Positions 30,404-40,246 of a DNA stretch of 64,000 nt are shown in pieces. The position numbers and the translations under genes were made by a program. The notes below the pieces were generated by a model, which saw nothing but the letters and a program-made list of their open reading frames with translations, did no database searches and was not told the DNA's origin. Positions within the stretch are counted from its first letter, which is position 1, and each line of letters starts with the position of its first letter. Origin of the DNA: an uncultured Chloroflexia bacterium (GTDB taxonomy: Bacteria; Chloroflexota; Chloroflexia; Thermomicrobiales; UBA6265); NCBI GenBank assembly GCA_963724295.1, contig CAVRUC010000007.1:768001-832000 (forward strand), read 5' to 3'.

Positions 30404-31540
30404 ATGCCTGCCATGATCATCTCGTCCATCGAGGTTATCCCGGTCCGCCTGCCGCTGCGCGAGCCCTTCGTCGTTGCCTACGCCAGCTACCCCGATACCC
30501 TGAGCGTCCTGGTCCGCATCCGCACTCGTGACGGCGCGGAGGGCTGGGGCGAAGCGACGCCCGATCCGAACGTCACGGGTGAGACATGGGGCGGAACGGC
30601 GGAGACCTTGCGTCGCGATCTGGCCACCGCCCTGGTCGGTTGCGATGCGCGTAATCGCGAGGCAGCGCTCAACGCGCTCGACGCCAGGGTCGAAGGGGCG
30701 CCAGCGGCCAAGGCCGCCCTCGACATCGCGTTGCACGATCTCGTGGCGCGGGCAGCGGGTATGCCCCTCTGGCAATTGCTCGGCGGACGCGCCCGCGAGG
30801 CGTTGCAGATTTCACGAGTCGTCAGCATGGGCGAGCCGGCGGCGATGGCGGCGGCGGCAAGGCATCACGTCGCGGCCGGGTTCCGCACGGTGAAGGTCAA
30901 AGTCGGTGATTCCGCCAATCCCCTCCTCGATGCCAGCCGGGTCGCGGCGGTGCGCCAGGCCATAGGTCCGGAGGTGGCGATCAAGGTCGATGCGAACCAG
31001 GGCTGGCGCAGCCCCGGGACCGCGATCGCGGCCATCCGTGCCATGGCGCCGTCGCTTCTCGCATACGTGGAGCAGCCGGTCCTCTGGTGGGACATGGAAG
31101 GATTGGCCGAGGTCCGCCGCCAGACCGGTGCGATGATCATGATCGACGAGGGCTGTCACGGCCCCCGCGACATGCTGCGCGCCGTCGCGCTGCGCGCCGC
31201 CGATCTGGTCAACATCAAGCTGATGAAAAGCGGTGGCATCCTGAATGCGCTGAAACTCAATGCCATCGCCGAGGCCGCCGGCATCCCCTCGCAGGTCGGT
31301 ACGATGGTCGAGAGCTCGATCGCCTCGGCGGCAGGTCTGCATACGGCCATCGCCATGAGCAACGTACGAACCGTCGAGATGGGTGGTCCTCTCATGCTGG
31401 CGGAAGATATCGGGGACGCCGGCGCCTGGTACCGGCACGACATGGTCACCGTGCCGGATAGCCCCGGGCTCGGGATCACCGTCGACGTCGATCGCGTGCG
31501 CCAGTTCAGTGACGGCTGGTGGACGGTGGAAGCGGAATGA
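30404..31540 (+). CDS. enolase-superfamily racemase/epimerase (MLE subgroup; dipeptide epimerase/NSAR-like)
   Basis: GWGEA, KVKVG, DANQG, EQP, DEG, NIKLMKSGG, PGLGI. Confidence 0.85.
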   Translation: MPAMIISSIEVIPVRLPLREPFVVAYASYPDTLSVLVRIRTRDGAEGWGEATPDPNVTGETWGGTAETLRRDLATALVGCDARNREAALNALDARVEGAPAAKAALDIALHDLVARAAGMPLWQLLGGRAREALQISRVVSMGEPAAMAAAARHHVAAGFRTVKVKVGDSANPLLDASRVAAVRQAIGPEVAIKVDANQGWRSPGTAIAAIRAMAPSLLAYVEQPVLWWDMEGLAEVRRQTGAMIMIDEGCHGPRDMLRAVALRAADLVNIKLMKSGGILNALKLNAIAEAAGIPSQVGTMVESSIASAAGLHTAIAMSNVRTVEMGGPLMLAEDIGDAGAWYRHDMVTVPDSPGLGITVDVDRVRQFSDGWWTVEAE

Positions 31541-31556
31541 AGGCTGGATACCCATC

Positions 31557-32075
31557 GTGAGCGACGCGGTCTGGATCGCGGTGGTCGTGTCCCTCGGCGT
31601 CACCCAGGCGCTACAGATCGCACTGCTCGCCGCGATGAACCGCGCTCGCGGACCCGCGGAAGCCGCCTACATCTCCATCCTGGGCACACTTGCCGGTCTG
31701 ACGCTGGCACTCACGATCAGGAGCTTCATGGGTTCGCGCCCAGTGCTCCCCGCCCCGTTCGATCATCCCGCGTTGACCGGCGCCGTGGCCCTCGCCAGTG
31801 GCACGATTCTGCTGCTCGGCCTGCGTGGGCTTCCCCTGGCATACGCCGTGACCGGGCTCACCGCGGTGCCCTATCTCCTGGCCGCGTCGTACCTGGCTCC
31901 CAAGATCGGCGTCGGCTTGTTCCTGGCCGCGTTGATCGCCGGGCAGCTCGGCGGCGGTGTCGTCCTCGACCATTTTGGCGTGTTGGGCGGCGCGACGCGT
32001 TCCATCGACCTGATCCGGGTGCTCGGCGTCGCCGCGTTGCTCACCGGCGTCGTCCTCGTGCGCGGATTCCGCTAG
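31557..32075 (+). CDS. DMT family (YdcZ-like) transporter
   Basis: Five hydrophobic segments; IAGQL..LDHFG motif. Confidence 0.75.
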   Translation: MSDAVWIAVVVSLGVTQALQIALLAAMNRARGPAEAAYISILGTLAGLTLALTIRSFMGSRPVLPAPFDHPALTGAVALASGTILLLGLRGLPLAYAVTGLTAVPYLLAASYLAPKIGVGLFLAALIAGQLGGGVVLDHFGVLGGATRSIDLIRVLGVAALLTGVVLVRGFR

Positions 32076-32095
32076 ACCTGTCGGAGGAGCACCAG

Positions 32096-33199
32096 GTGGG
32101 TGAATCGTCATTCGATCGTTGGGCCAATGTCCTCGTGGACTATTCGACCGAGGTCAGGAGCGGCGATCAGGTCGCCATCAGTGGCGGCGTTGCCGCCGAG
32201 CCTTTGCTGCGGGCCATCTACCGCGCGGTGCTTCGTAAGGGCGGGAATGCGGTTCTCGTGCCGTCGTTCAGCGACACGCAAGGCGACCTCTTCACGAATG
32301 CGTCCGACGAGCAGTTGGCGTTTATCTCACCCGTCGAACGCTGGGTGCGCGAGGAAGCAACCGTCGCTATCGACGTGCTCGCCAGCACCAACACGCGAGC
32401 GCTCTCCGCGGTCGATCCCTCCCGCCAGGCGGTCTGGAGCCGCGCCCGGACGGAGCTACGAAAGAGCGCCTTCGAGCGTGCCGCGCGGGGTGAACGTCGC
32501 TGGTCGTCCACGATCTTTCCGACCCCCGCCCACGCCCAGGACGCGGACATGGCGACCGATGAGTTCGCCTCATTTCTGGACGCGGCCTGCATGCTGGACC
32601 GGCCCGATCCGATTGCCGCCTGGCGCGAGCTCTCGGCCCGCCAAGCCCGCATGATCGACTGGCTCCAGCAGCGCGGTGAGATCCACATCACCGCGCCGGG
32701 TACGGACCTGCACCTGAGTGTTGCCGGTCGTTCCTGGGTCAACTCCGACGGCAAGCGCAACTTCCCATCGGGCGAGGTGTTCACCGGACCGGTCGAGGAT
32801 TCAGCCGAGGGTCATGTTCATTTCTCCTACCCCGTGGTGACGCAGGGTCGGGAGGTATCCGATGTTCGGCTGCGGTTCGCCGCCGGCCTCGTCGTCGACG
32901 CCAGCGCCTCCAAGAACGAGCCATTCCTGATCGAGACGCTCGATACCGACCCGGGAGCGCGCCGCCTCGGCGAATTCGCGTTCGGGACGAATTCCGGGAT
33001 TACGCGATGGACAAAGAACATCCTGCTCGACGAAAAGATGGGGGGCACGGTGCACATGGCACTCGGGCTGGGCTACCCCGAGACTGGCAGCCAGAATACG
33101 TCGGCCATTCACTGGGACATGATCTGCGACCTGCGCCAGGGCGGCGAAGCGACGACCGATGGCGAGGTGGTGCTGCGAGATGGTGAATACCGGATCTGA
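32096..33199 (+). CDS. aminopeptidase (M29 family)
   Basis: NFPSGEVFT, LGEFAFG, LDEKMGGTVHMALG, SAIHWDM. Confidence 0.9.
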   Translation: MGESSFDRWANVLVDYSTEVRSGDQVAISGGVAAEPLLRAIYRAVLRKGGNAVLVPSFSDTQGDLFTNASDEQLAFISPVERWVREEATVAIDVLASTNTRALSAVDPSRQAVWSRARTELRKSAFERAARGERRWSSTIFPTPAHAQDADMATDEFASFLDAACMLDRPDPIAAWRELSARQARMIDWLQQRGEIHITAPGTDLHLSVAGRSWVNSDGKRNFPSGEVFTGPVEDSAEGHVHFSYPVVTQGREVSDVRLRFAAGLVVDASASKNEPFLIETLDTDPGARRLGEFAFGTNSGITRWTKNILLDEKMGGTVHMALGLGYPETGSQNTSAIHWDMICDLRQGGEATTDGEVVLRDGEYRI

Positions 33200-33241
33200 A
33201 CCGCGTCGGGCCTGAGAGCGTCTGGATCGAAGGGAGTTCCT

Positions 33242-33562
33242 ATGGCGGAGCAGGTGGACGGCTTGATCACTGTTGGAGACACGGCGAAACTCCTCGGTCG
33301 CTCCACGGAGCAGGTTCGCCGCTACCTGCGGGAAGGGGAGCTCCCTGGCCGCCGGCTGGGCGGCCAGTGGTTCATCGACCGCACGGAGGCTGAGGCATTT
33401 CTGCAACGGCGGCGAGAGGGATCCGAGTTCGAGCGCCGGCTCGCGTATAGCGACCCTGATCCGCTCCGCGATGTGATCGCGATCGGCGACAGCGGCGGTG
33501 GCGATATCGCCGCCGGGAGAAGTACCTATCTGCGTTCGCTGGCGGGAGGCAGTCTCACGTGA
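33242..33562 (+). CDS. excisionase-like HTH (HTH_17) protein, probable antitoxin
   Basis: TAKLLGRSTEQVRRYLREGELPGRRLGGQWFI; overlaps the PIN gene by 4 nt. Confidence 0.75.
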   Translation: MAEQVDGLITVGDTAKLLGRSTEQVRRYLREGELPGRRLGGQWFIDRTEAEAFLQRRREGSEFERRLAYSDPDPLRDVIAIGDSGGGDIAAGRSTYLRSLAGGSLT

Positions 33563-33996
33563 CGGCCGAGCCATCCATTGCTTCAGACCTCGCGAATGGT
33601 GAAGTCCCGCGAGAGGTCACCTTCGTCGACGCGTCGGCGCTGGTCGCCCTCGCGGACCGGGACGACGCCTCGCACGCCGCCGCGGTGGCCGCCTACCAGG
33701 ATCTCGTCGCCGGCGGCTTCCGCCTCTTTACGACAGACCTGGCCCTGGCATCCGCACACGAGCTGATCGCCGTCGCGCTCGGCCACGACGTTGCCCGCTC
33801 CTGGCTCGCGCACTGCAACATCCTCGTCCAACGCATCGCGCCCGCCGATCTGGAGGAGGGGCGGCGCGCCATCGAAGAGGGCTGGAGCGCTCCACAGGCC
33901 ACCCTGGCGGACACCATTCATCTCGCCGTGCTCGACCGCCTCGGCGTGACTGACGTCTTCGCCGTTGACCGCACGTTCCTGGCGATGCTTGGGTAA
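33559..33996 (+). CDS. PIN-domain (VapC-like) protein
   Basis: FVDASALVAL..D..H, TLADTI, VFAVDRTF. Confidence 0.8.
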   Translation: MTAEPSIASDLANGEVPREVTFVDASALVALADRDDASHAAAVAAYQDLVAGGFRLFTTDLALASAHELIAVALGHDVARSWLAHCNILVQRIAPADLEEGRRAIEEGWSAPQATLADTIHLAVLDRLGVTDVFAVDRTFLAMLG

Positions 33997-34068
33997 GCGC
34001 TCAGCACCAAATCCTCTCTTGGTGTCCCTCGCCCTAACGACCGTCATCCCCAACCGCCTCTCAAGAAT

Positions 34069-34175
34069 CCCTCACCCCAACCCCTCTCCCAGTGTGCTGG
34101 GAGAGGGGCGCTTCTCGCGTCCGGGGTCGTTCTCCCTTCTCCCCGCGCATGGGGAGAAGGGCCGGGGATGAGGGG
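34069..34175. repeat. REP-like palindrome pair (CCCTCACCCC-CCCCTCTCCC...GGGAGAGGGG)
   Basis: Two inverted units; a third copy lies at 45766-45810. Confidence 0.7.
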
Positions 34176-34372
34176 CGTTCGTTGAGAGAAGGGCGGGGGA
34201 AGAGGAATCTTCGGAGGCAAAAGGGGTTGGGGAAGAGAGGGATCTTGCCTATAATACCGGCCATCGCGAGCGTTACCTGGCTTACGGCTCCCGACCGCCC
34301 TCGCGGCGGTCGTGGAATCCTCGCCATCAACGCGTCAACACGTGGTCGATCACAATCCAGAGGAGGAGTACG

Positions 34373-36463
34373 GTGAACTTGCGCCAGTATCCCGCCGATC
34401 GCATCCGCAACGTCGGACTGTTTGGGCACGGCGGTGCGGGGAAGACGTCACTGGCGGAGGCGCTCCTCTTCGATACCAAAGCCACCACGCGCCTGGGCCG
34501 GGTCGACGAAGGCAACACCGTCACCGATTACGATCCGGACGAGATCAAACGGCGCATCTCGGTCAGCGCGGCACTGGCTCCCGTGGAATGGCGGGACACG
34601 AAGATCAATGTCATCGACGCGCCCGGCTACGCCGACTTCATTGGCGACGTCAAATCCGCGCTGCGAGTGGCCGATGCGGCGATCATCGTCATCGACGCCT
34701 CAGCCGGCGTCGAGGTCGGCACCGAGCAGGTCTGGCGCCTTGCCGAAGAGCGCGGTATCCCGCGCCTGCTGTTCATCAACAAGATGGACCGTGAGAACGC
34801 CGATTTCGGTCAGGCGCTGGCCTCCGCCCGCGCCACGTTCGGCAATGCGGTGGCGCCGATCCAGTTCCCGGTCGGCTCCGAGAAGCAGTTCCGCGGTGTG
34901 GTCGATCTCCTCACCGAACAAGCCCACTGCTACACCGACAGCACGTCGGGCGAATTCACGTCGGGTCCCATTCCCGACGAGTTGAAAGAGGACGAGGAGC
35001 TCTACCGCCGTCAGCTCGTTGAATCGATCGCCGAGCAGGACGAAGAGCTGATGATGCGCTACCTCGAGGACGAGCCGATCGCGACGGAAGAGCTCGCCAG
35101 CGGACTCAAGCAGTGCGTCGCGGACGGCGTCGTGGTCCCGGTGCTGGTCGGTTCGGCGGCGCTGAACCGGGGCGTCGTGCAGCTCCTCGATGCCATCGTC
35201 GATCTGCTGCCGTCTGCCGCCGAGGCGCGATCGACGGGCACGCTGAACGGCAGCGAGGTAGACGTAGCGCCCACAGAAGGTGGTCCGGTCGTTGCCCTGG
35301 CCTTCAAGACGGTGGCCGATCCCCACGTCGGACGCGTCACCTACCTGCGCGTCTACTCGGGATCGATCAAATCAAACACCCATGCCTGGAATGCGACGCG
35401 CGGCGAGGATGAACGGCTCGGGCAGCTCTTCTTCACGCGGGGCAAAGAGCACATCAACACCGATGTGATCGGCACCGGCGATATCGGCGCGGTGGCCAAA
35501 CTGGGCTCGGTGATGACCGGCGACACCCTCAGCGATCAGGGCAAACCGATTGCGCTCGCCGGTGTCGACTTCCCCGGTTCGTCGTACTCGACCTCGGTCC
35601 ATCCCAAGACCAAGACCGACCTCGACAAGATGGGACCGGCTCTGCAACGGCTGGTGGAGGAAGATCCGACGCTGCGGCTCTCCCGTGATCCGAGTAGTGG
35701 TGAGACGATCCTTTCCGGACTCGGCGAGCCGCACGTGAAGATTGCCCTCGACCGGATGTCCCGGCGGTTTGGCGTCAACGTCGAGCTTGGCCTCCCGCGC
35801 GTGCCCTACCGCGAGACGATCTCGGCAAAGACGGTCGCCGAGTACAAGCACAAGAAGCAGACCGGTGGCGCGGGTCAGTACGGTCACGTCTTCCTCGAGC
35901 TGGAGCCGCTGCCGGACTCCGAGTTCGAGTTCGGCGAACGCGTGTTCGGCGGATCGGTGCCACGCAACTTCTACCCGGCCGTGGAGAAAGGCGTGCGGGA
36001 GGGACTGGAGTCCGGTCCCGTTGCCGGCTTCCCGGTCACCAACGTGAAAGTCACCCTCACTGACGGCTCCTACCACGCGGTCGACTCGAGCGAGATGTCA
36101 TTCAAGATCGCCTCCAAAGAGGCGTTCAAGAAAGGCGTTTTGCAGGGGAAGCCGGTGCTGCTGGAGCCGATCATGACAGTGCGCGTCACCGTTCCGGAAT
36201 CGTATACCGGCGACGTGATGAGCGACCTGAACACCAAGCGAGCGCATGTGAGCGGCATGAACCCCGGCGCCAACGGCACGACCACGATCGAGGCCACCGT
36301 CCCGGCGGCCGAGGTGCAGCGATACGCGACCGACCTCCGCTCCATCACGCAGGGACGGGGCTCGTTCACGACCGAGTTTTCACACTATCAGCCCGTCCCC
36401 GCGCACATCGCGGACCAGGTCAAAGCCGCGGCCGCCAAGCATGCCGAAGCAGCTCACGCGTGA
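34373..36463 (+). CDS. fusA: elongation factor G-like paralog (EF-G II type)
   Basis: GHGGAGKT, DAPGYADF, NKMD, KKQTGGAGQYG, DGSYHAVDSSE; RRISV instead of RGITI; not in an rpsL-rpsG-tuf context. Confidence 0.9.
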   Translation: MNLRQYPADRIRNVGLFGHGGAGKTSLAEALLFDTKATTRLGRVDEGNTVTDYDPDEIKRRISVSAALAPVEWRDTKINVIDAPGYADFIGDVKSALRVADAAIIVIDASAGVEVGTEQVWRLAEERGIPRLLFINKMDRENADFGQALASARATFGNAVAPIQFPVGSEKQFRGVVDLLTEQAHCYTDSTSGEFTSGPIPDELKEDEELYRRQLVESIAEQDEELMMRYLEDEPIATEELASGLKQCVADGVVVPVLVGSAALNRGVVQLLDAIVDLLPSAAEARSTGTLNGSEVDVAPTEGGPVVALAFKTVADPHVGRVTYLRVYSGSIKSNTHAWNATRGEDERLGQLFFTRGKEHINTDVIGTGDIGAVAKLGSVMTGDTLSDQGKPIALAGVDFPGSSYSTSVHPKTKTDLDKMGPALQRLVEEDPTLRLSRDPSSGETILSGLGEPHVKIALDRMSRRFGVNVELGLPRVPYRETISAKTVAEYKHKKQTGGAGQYGHVFLELEPLPDSEFEFGERVFGGSVPRNFYPAVEKGVREGLESGPVAGFPVTNVKVTLTDGSYHAVDSSEMSFKIASKEAFKKGVLQGKPVLLEPIMTVRVTVPESYTGDVMSDLNTKRAHVSGMNPGANGTTTIEATVPAAEVQRYATDLRSITQGRGSFTTEFSHYQPVPAHIADQVKAAAAKHAEAAHA

Positions 36464-37042
36464 CCCAGGGCAATGGAAGCAACCGGCCAGTCAACGGGCT
36501 GCTGGATATCGACCCGGAGGGACTCTCCCACCAGCAGCTGATCGACCTCGTGCGCGACCTCCAGGGCGCACTGGCCGGCAGGGCGGGACAGGTGCCCGCG
36601 TCCGGTCCCACGGGCAACGCGCGCTTGCGCCCGGTCAGCGCCGTCCCTGGCGCCGATTACACGGTCTTCTTCGACGGCGGATCTCTTGGCAACCCCGGAA
36701 AGGGGTACGGCAGCTACGAGATCGCCGGGCCGGAAGGGACCATCGCCGCGCGGCAGGTCCAGTTCGGCAATGACATGACCAACAACCAGGCCGAGTTCCA
36801 CGCCATCATCGCCGCCCTGGAAGATGTGTTGGAGCGCGTTGGCCCGCGGGCCGGCGCGCTTTCGGTCGCCGTCCGTGGCGACAGCCAGCTCGTCATCCGC
36901 GGGCTCAGCGGGGAGTGGCGCGTCAAACACCCCGGGCTGCAGCCACTGCACCAGCGGGCTGCCGACCTGCTGCGGCGATTCAGGAACGTGCGACCTGGCG
37001 TGGCACCCGAGGCGAGAATCGGTACGCACATTCGGCCATTGA
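36460..37042 (+). CDS. ribonuclease HI-family protein; +1 frameshift near 36991
   Basis: FFDGGSLGNPG, TNNQAE, RGDSQLV; the expected C-terminus (DLAWHPRRESVRTFGH) is in the +1 frame, ending 37042. Confidence 0.75.
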
Positions 37043-37136
37043 TTGCGATGCGGCAACCCTGCTTGCCACGCTCCCGGGCCGACTCGGCGGTGGGCGTCAG
37101 AAGCTACCAGCGGACTGCCTGATCGCGCATCCCGCG

Positions 37137-37165
37137 TTGACACCAGGCACGGTTTTGCGTACAGT
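37137..37165 (+). promoter_or_regulatory. sigma70 promoter of tRNA-Val
   Basis: TTGACA-N17-TACAGT, 12 nt upstream of the tRNA. Confidence 0.75.
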
Positions 37166-37177
37166 TGTGCGGTATCC

Positions 37178-37251
37178 GGGCGGCTAGCTCAGCTGGTTAG
37201 AGCGCCACGTTGACATCGTGGAGGTCACTGGTTCGAGTCCAGTGTCGCCCA
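37178..37251 (+). tRNA. tRNA-Val (GAC)
   Basis: Acceptor GGGCGGC/GTCGCCC, D-arm GCTC..GAGC, anticodon loop TTGACAT, T-loop TTCGAGT; CCA not encoded. Confidence 0.97.
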
Positions 37252-37372
37252 CCCCGTGAGACAACCAGAGGCGCTTGCTCACCGACCTGCTCGGAGTCTG
37301 TCTCCGTCAGGGAGGAGCCCGCTCCGGGCCGCCGCTGCACCGAACGCGTCACGTGGCGCAGGAGCCTTCATT

Positions 37373-38414
37373 TTGCCGGCGATTCTAGTTCGCGATCTCG
37401 GTAAGACCTACGACGTCCCCGAGCGGGAATCGGGTCTGCGCGCCTCAGTGGGCTCCGTCTTTCGTCGTCAGACCAAAGAGGTCGTTGCGGTTGACCGCAT
37501 CTCATTCGAGGTCACGCCGGGCGAGGTGGTCGGGTTTCTGGGACCGAATGGCGCCGGCAAGACGACCACGCTCAAGATGCTCTCCGGTCTACTTTACCCG
37601 TCGCGCGGCGAGGCCACGGTCCTCGGTCATGTTCCCTGGCAACGAGACAAGGCCTATCTCCGTCAGATCACGCTCGTCATGGGCCAGCGCAACCAGCTTG
37701 TCTGGGACATCCCGGTCGCCGACTCCTTCGAGCTGAATCGCGCTATCTTCCGCATCCCCGAGGCTGAGTACCGCCAGACCCGCGATGAATTGAGCGAATT
37801 ACTTGACCTGGGGCCGCTGCTGACCAAGCCGGTGCGCAATCTCTCCCTCGGTGAACGGATGAAGTGCGAGCTGGCCGGGGCGCTGCTCCATCGGCCGCGC
37901 GTGCTCTTCCTGGACGAGCCGACTTTGGGTCTGGACGTCACCGCGCAACGCCGCATCCGCGGATTCATCGCCGAATATGCCGCCCGCTATGGCGCGACCG
38001 TGCTCCTGACCAGCCACTACATGGCCGACGTCGAGGCGCTGGCCGAGCGGGTGATCGTCATCCACCACGGCGCGCTGCTCTTCGACGGCGCCCTGGATGC
38101 GCTCGTCGAGCGCTTCTCGCCCCACAAGACGGTCGTCGTCGACCTCGAGTACGCCGGCGGACGGGTTCGAGCGCTACGGCGAGGTCGTCGCCGTCGATGG
38201 CTTGCGAGCGACCCTGCGCGTGCCGAAAGCCGACGCGGCCGCTGTCACGGCACGACTGCTGGCGGAGCTGCCGGTGGTCGATCTATCCGTCAGCGACCCA
38301 CCGATTGACGAGGTGATCGACACCGTCTTCACCAGCGGCGAAGAGCCGGTCGGTGAGGCACTTCCCGAGCATGAACCCGAGGTCGTGTCCGAACGGGAAC
38401 CTGTGCCGGCGTGA
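37373..38414 (+). CDS. ABC-2 exporter ATP-binding subunit; +1 frameshift near 38150
   Basis: GPNGAGKTT, LSLGERMK, FLDEPT, TSHYM; C-terminal DLSVSDPPIDEVI is in the +1 frame and overlaps the next permease. Confidence 0.85.
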
Positions 38415-39214
38415 CCGATCTCCTCGTGCTCTATCGCGCCCAGTTCAAGACCACGATCGCCAGCCAGCTCCAGTATCGCGGCGCTCTCGTAATCTGGATC
38501 ATCGGGCTGATCCTGCAACCGGTCATCTACCTTTCGGTCTGGTCGACAGTCGCGATGTCCCAGGGTGGCAGTGTGGACGGATTCACCGCCGCCGACTTTG
38601 CCGCGTACTACCTGACCGCGCTCGTCGTCTCCCAGGCGACATTCACCTGGATCATGTGGGAGATGGAGTACTGGATCAGGCAGGGGAACCTATCCCCTCT
38701 CCTGGTGCGACCAGTTCATCCGATTCATCAACACATCGCCAACAATCTCACGTTCAAGCTGCTGACCATGGCCGTCGTCGTACCGGTCGTGGTGGTGTTG
38801 ACGATCATCTTCCAGCCGAATTTCACCATTTCGCCCTGGACCGCGCTGGCTTTTGTCCCGGCATTGCTCCTGGCGATGGCGCTGCGCTTCGCCGTGGAAT
38901 GGACCATGGCCTCGCTCGCGTTCTGGGTCACGCGAGTCAATGCGATCAACCAGCTCTATTATGTAGTGTTCCTCTTCCTGTCCGGGTTCGTGGCGCCGCT
39001 GGCCCTCCTGCCGGAGCCAGCTCAAGCAATCGCCGAGCTGCTGCCGTTCTACCGAATGCTGGGCTTCCCGGTCGAGCTACTCCTGGGCCGGCTCAGCCCA
39101 ACCCAGGCCCTGGCCGGCTTTGGCGCCCAGCTCGGCTGGCTGGCGGTCGCTCTCCTGCTCCTCAATCTCACCTGGGCGCGCGGCGTGCGGCAGTACTCGG
39201 CGGTCGGAGCGTGA
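38411..39214 (+). CDS. ABC-2 family permease
   Basis: Six TM segments; IRQGNLSPLLVRP, FLSGFVAPL. Confidence 0.85.
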   Translation: MTDLLVLYRAQFKTTIASQLQYRGALVIWIIGLILQPVIYLSVWSTVAMSQGGSVDGFTAADFAAYYLTALVVSQATFTWIMWEMEYWIRQGNLSPLLVRPVHPIHQHIANNLTFKLLTMAVVVPVVVVLTIIFQPNFTISPWTALAFVPALLLAMALRFAVEWTMASLAFWVTRVNAINQLYYVVFLFLSGFVAPLALLPEPAQAIAELLPFYRMLGFPVELLLGRLSPTQALAGFGAQLGWLAVALLLLNLTWARGVRQYSAVGA

Positions 39215-39218
39215 GGCG

Positions 39219-40004
39219 ATGACCTTCCTCCGCCTGCTCGGGATTCACCTCCGGCTCGGCATCCTGAACGAGCTCCAGTACCGCACGAACCTGTTCATCC
39301 AGCTCATTCAGTCCACAGTCGGGCTTATGACGGCACTGCTCGGTCTGGGAGTCGTCTTCTCCAAGACCGACTCGCTTGGTGGCTGGAGCGCGCCCGAGTT
39401 GCTGGCCATCATCGGCGTCTACACATTGGTCTCAGGGATCACCCAACTTGTATTCCAGCCAAGTCTCGCCCGTTTCATGGAGGACGTTCGGCTGGGGACG
39501 CTCGATTTCACGCTGACCAAACCGGTCGACGCCCAGATCCTGATCAGCGTGCGCCAGGTCGAGGTCTGGAAACTGGTCGACGTCGTGGTCGGAATCGTCG
39601 TGCTCGGGGTCGCGATCGCTCAGCTCGGGGAGATTGTTGGTCCCACCGAGGCGGTCGCGTTCCTGGTCGCGCTGCTGGCCGGGGTGACGATCATCTACAG
39701 CTTCCTGCTGATCCTCGCCACCTGCGTCTTCTGGTTCATCCGATTGGACAACATCCTCAACATCTTTCAGAGCATGTACGAAGCGGGGAAGTGGCCGATC
39801 GGCATCTACCCGCCCTGGCTACGGGCGATGCTGACCTTTCTGGTGCCGATCGGCTTTGCGATCACGGTCCCCGCCGAAGGGTTGGTCGGCCGACTTACCT
39901 CGCCGGAATTGTTTGGCGCGATTGCGCTGGCGGTTGTCCTGCCCTTGATCGCACGCGTTTTCTGGCGGATCGGCGTCCGCCACTACTCTGGCGCGTCCGC
40001 GTAA
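39219..40004 (+). CDS. ABC-2 family permease
   Basis: GTLDFTLTKP, KWPIGIYP, RHYSGAS. Confidence 0.85.
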   Translation: MTFLRLLGIHLRLGILNELQYRTNLFIQLIQSTVGLMTALLGLGVVFSKTDSLGGWSAPELLAIIGVYTLVSGITQLVFQPSLARFMEDVRLGTLDFTLTKPVDAQILISVRQVEVWKLVDVVVGIVVLGVAIAQLGEIVGPTEAVAFLVALLAGVTIIYSFLLILATCVFWFIRLDNILNIFQSMYEAGKWPIGIYPPWLRAMLTFLVPIGFAITVPAEGLVGRLTSPELFGAIALAVVLPLIARVFWRIGVRHYSGASA

Positions 40005-40246
40005 CGCTTCAGTCACCTCCGTGCGGAGGTTGAGTGTTTCCGCCGGATCCCCTGCGTATTCCCGAGCATGCTTCAGCCGTTTCCCAAGACGTCATGGGGT
40101 ACACGGTCATCCGGAGGCGACACACCGCAAAGAGAACCGGCAACAGGCGCGATGAATCTACGAAGTTCGTGGCATCTGTGGCATGCTGACGGTCTGTGCG
40201 AGAATCCCTTCTCGACGACGTTCAGCAAAATGTCCGGAGACGGACG

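Noticed and set aside
36460..37122. Reverse transcriptase / retroelement suggested by the RNase H domain
   Set aside because: Only an RNase HI-type domain; no RT (YxDD) core, template/variable repeats or retron-like RNA
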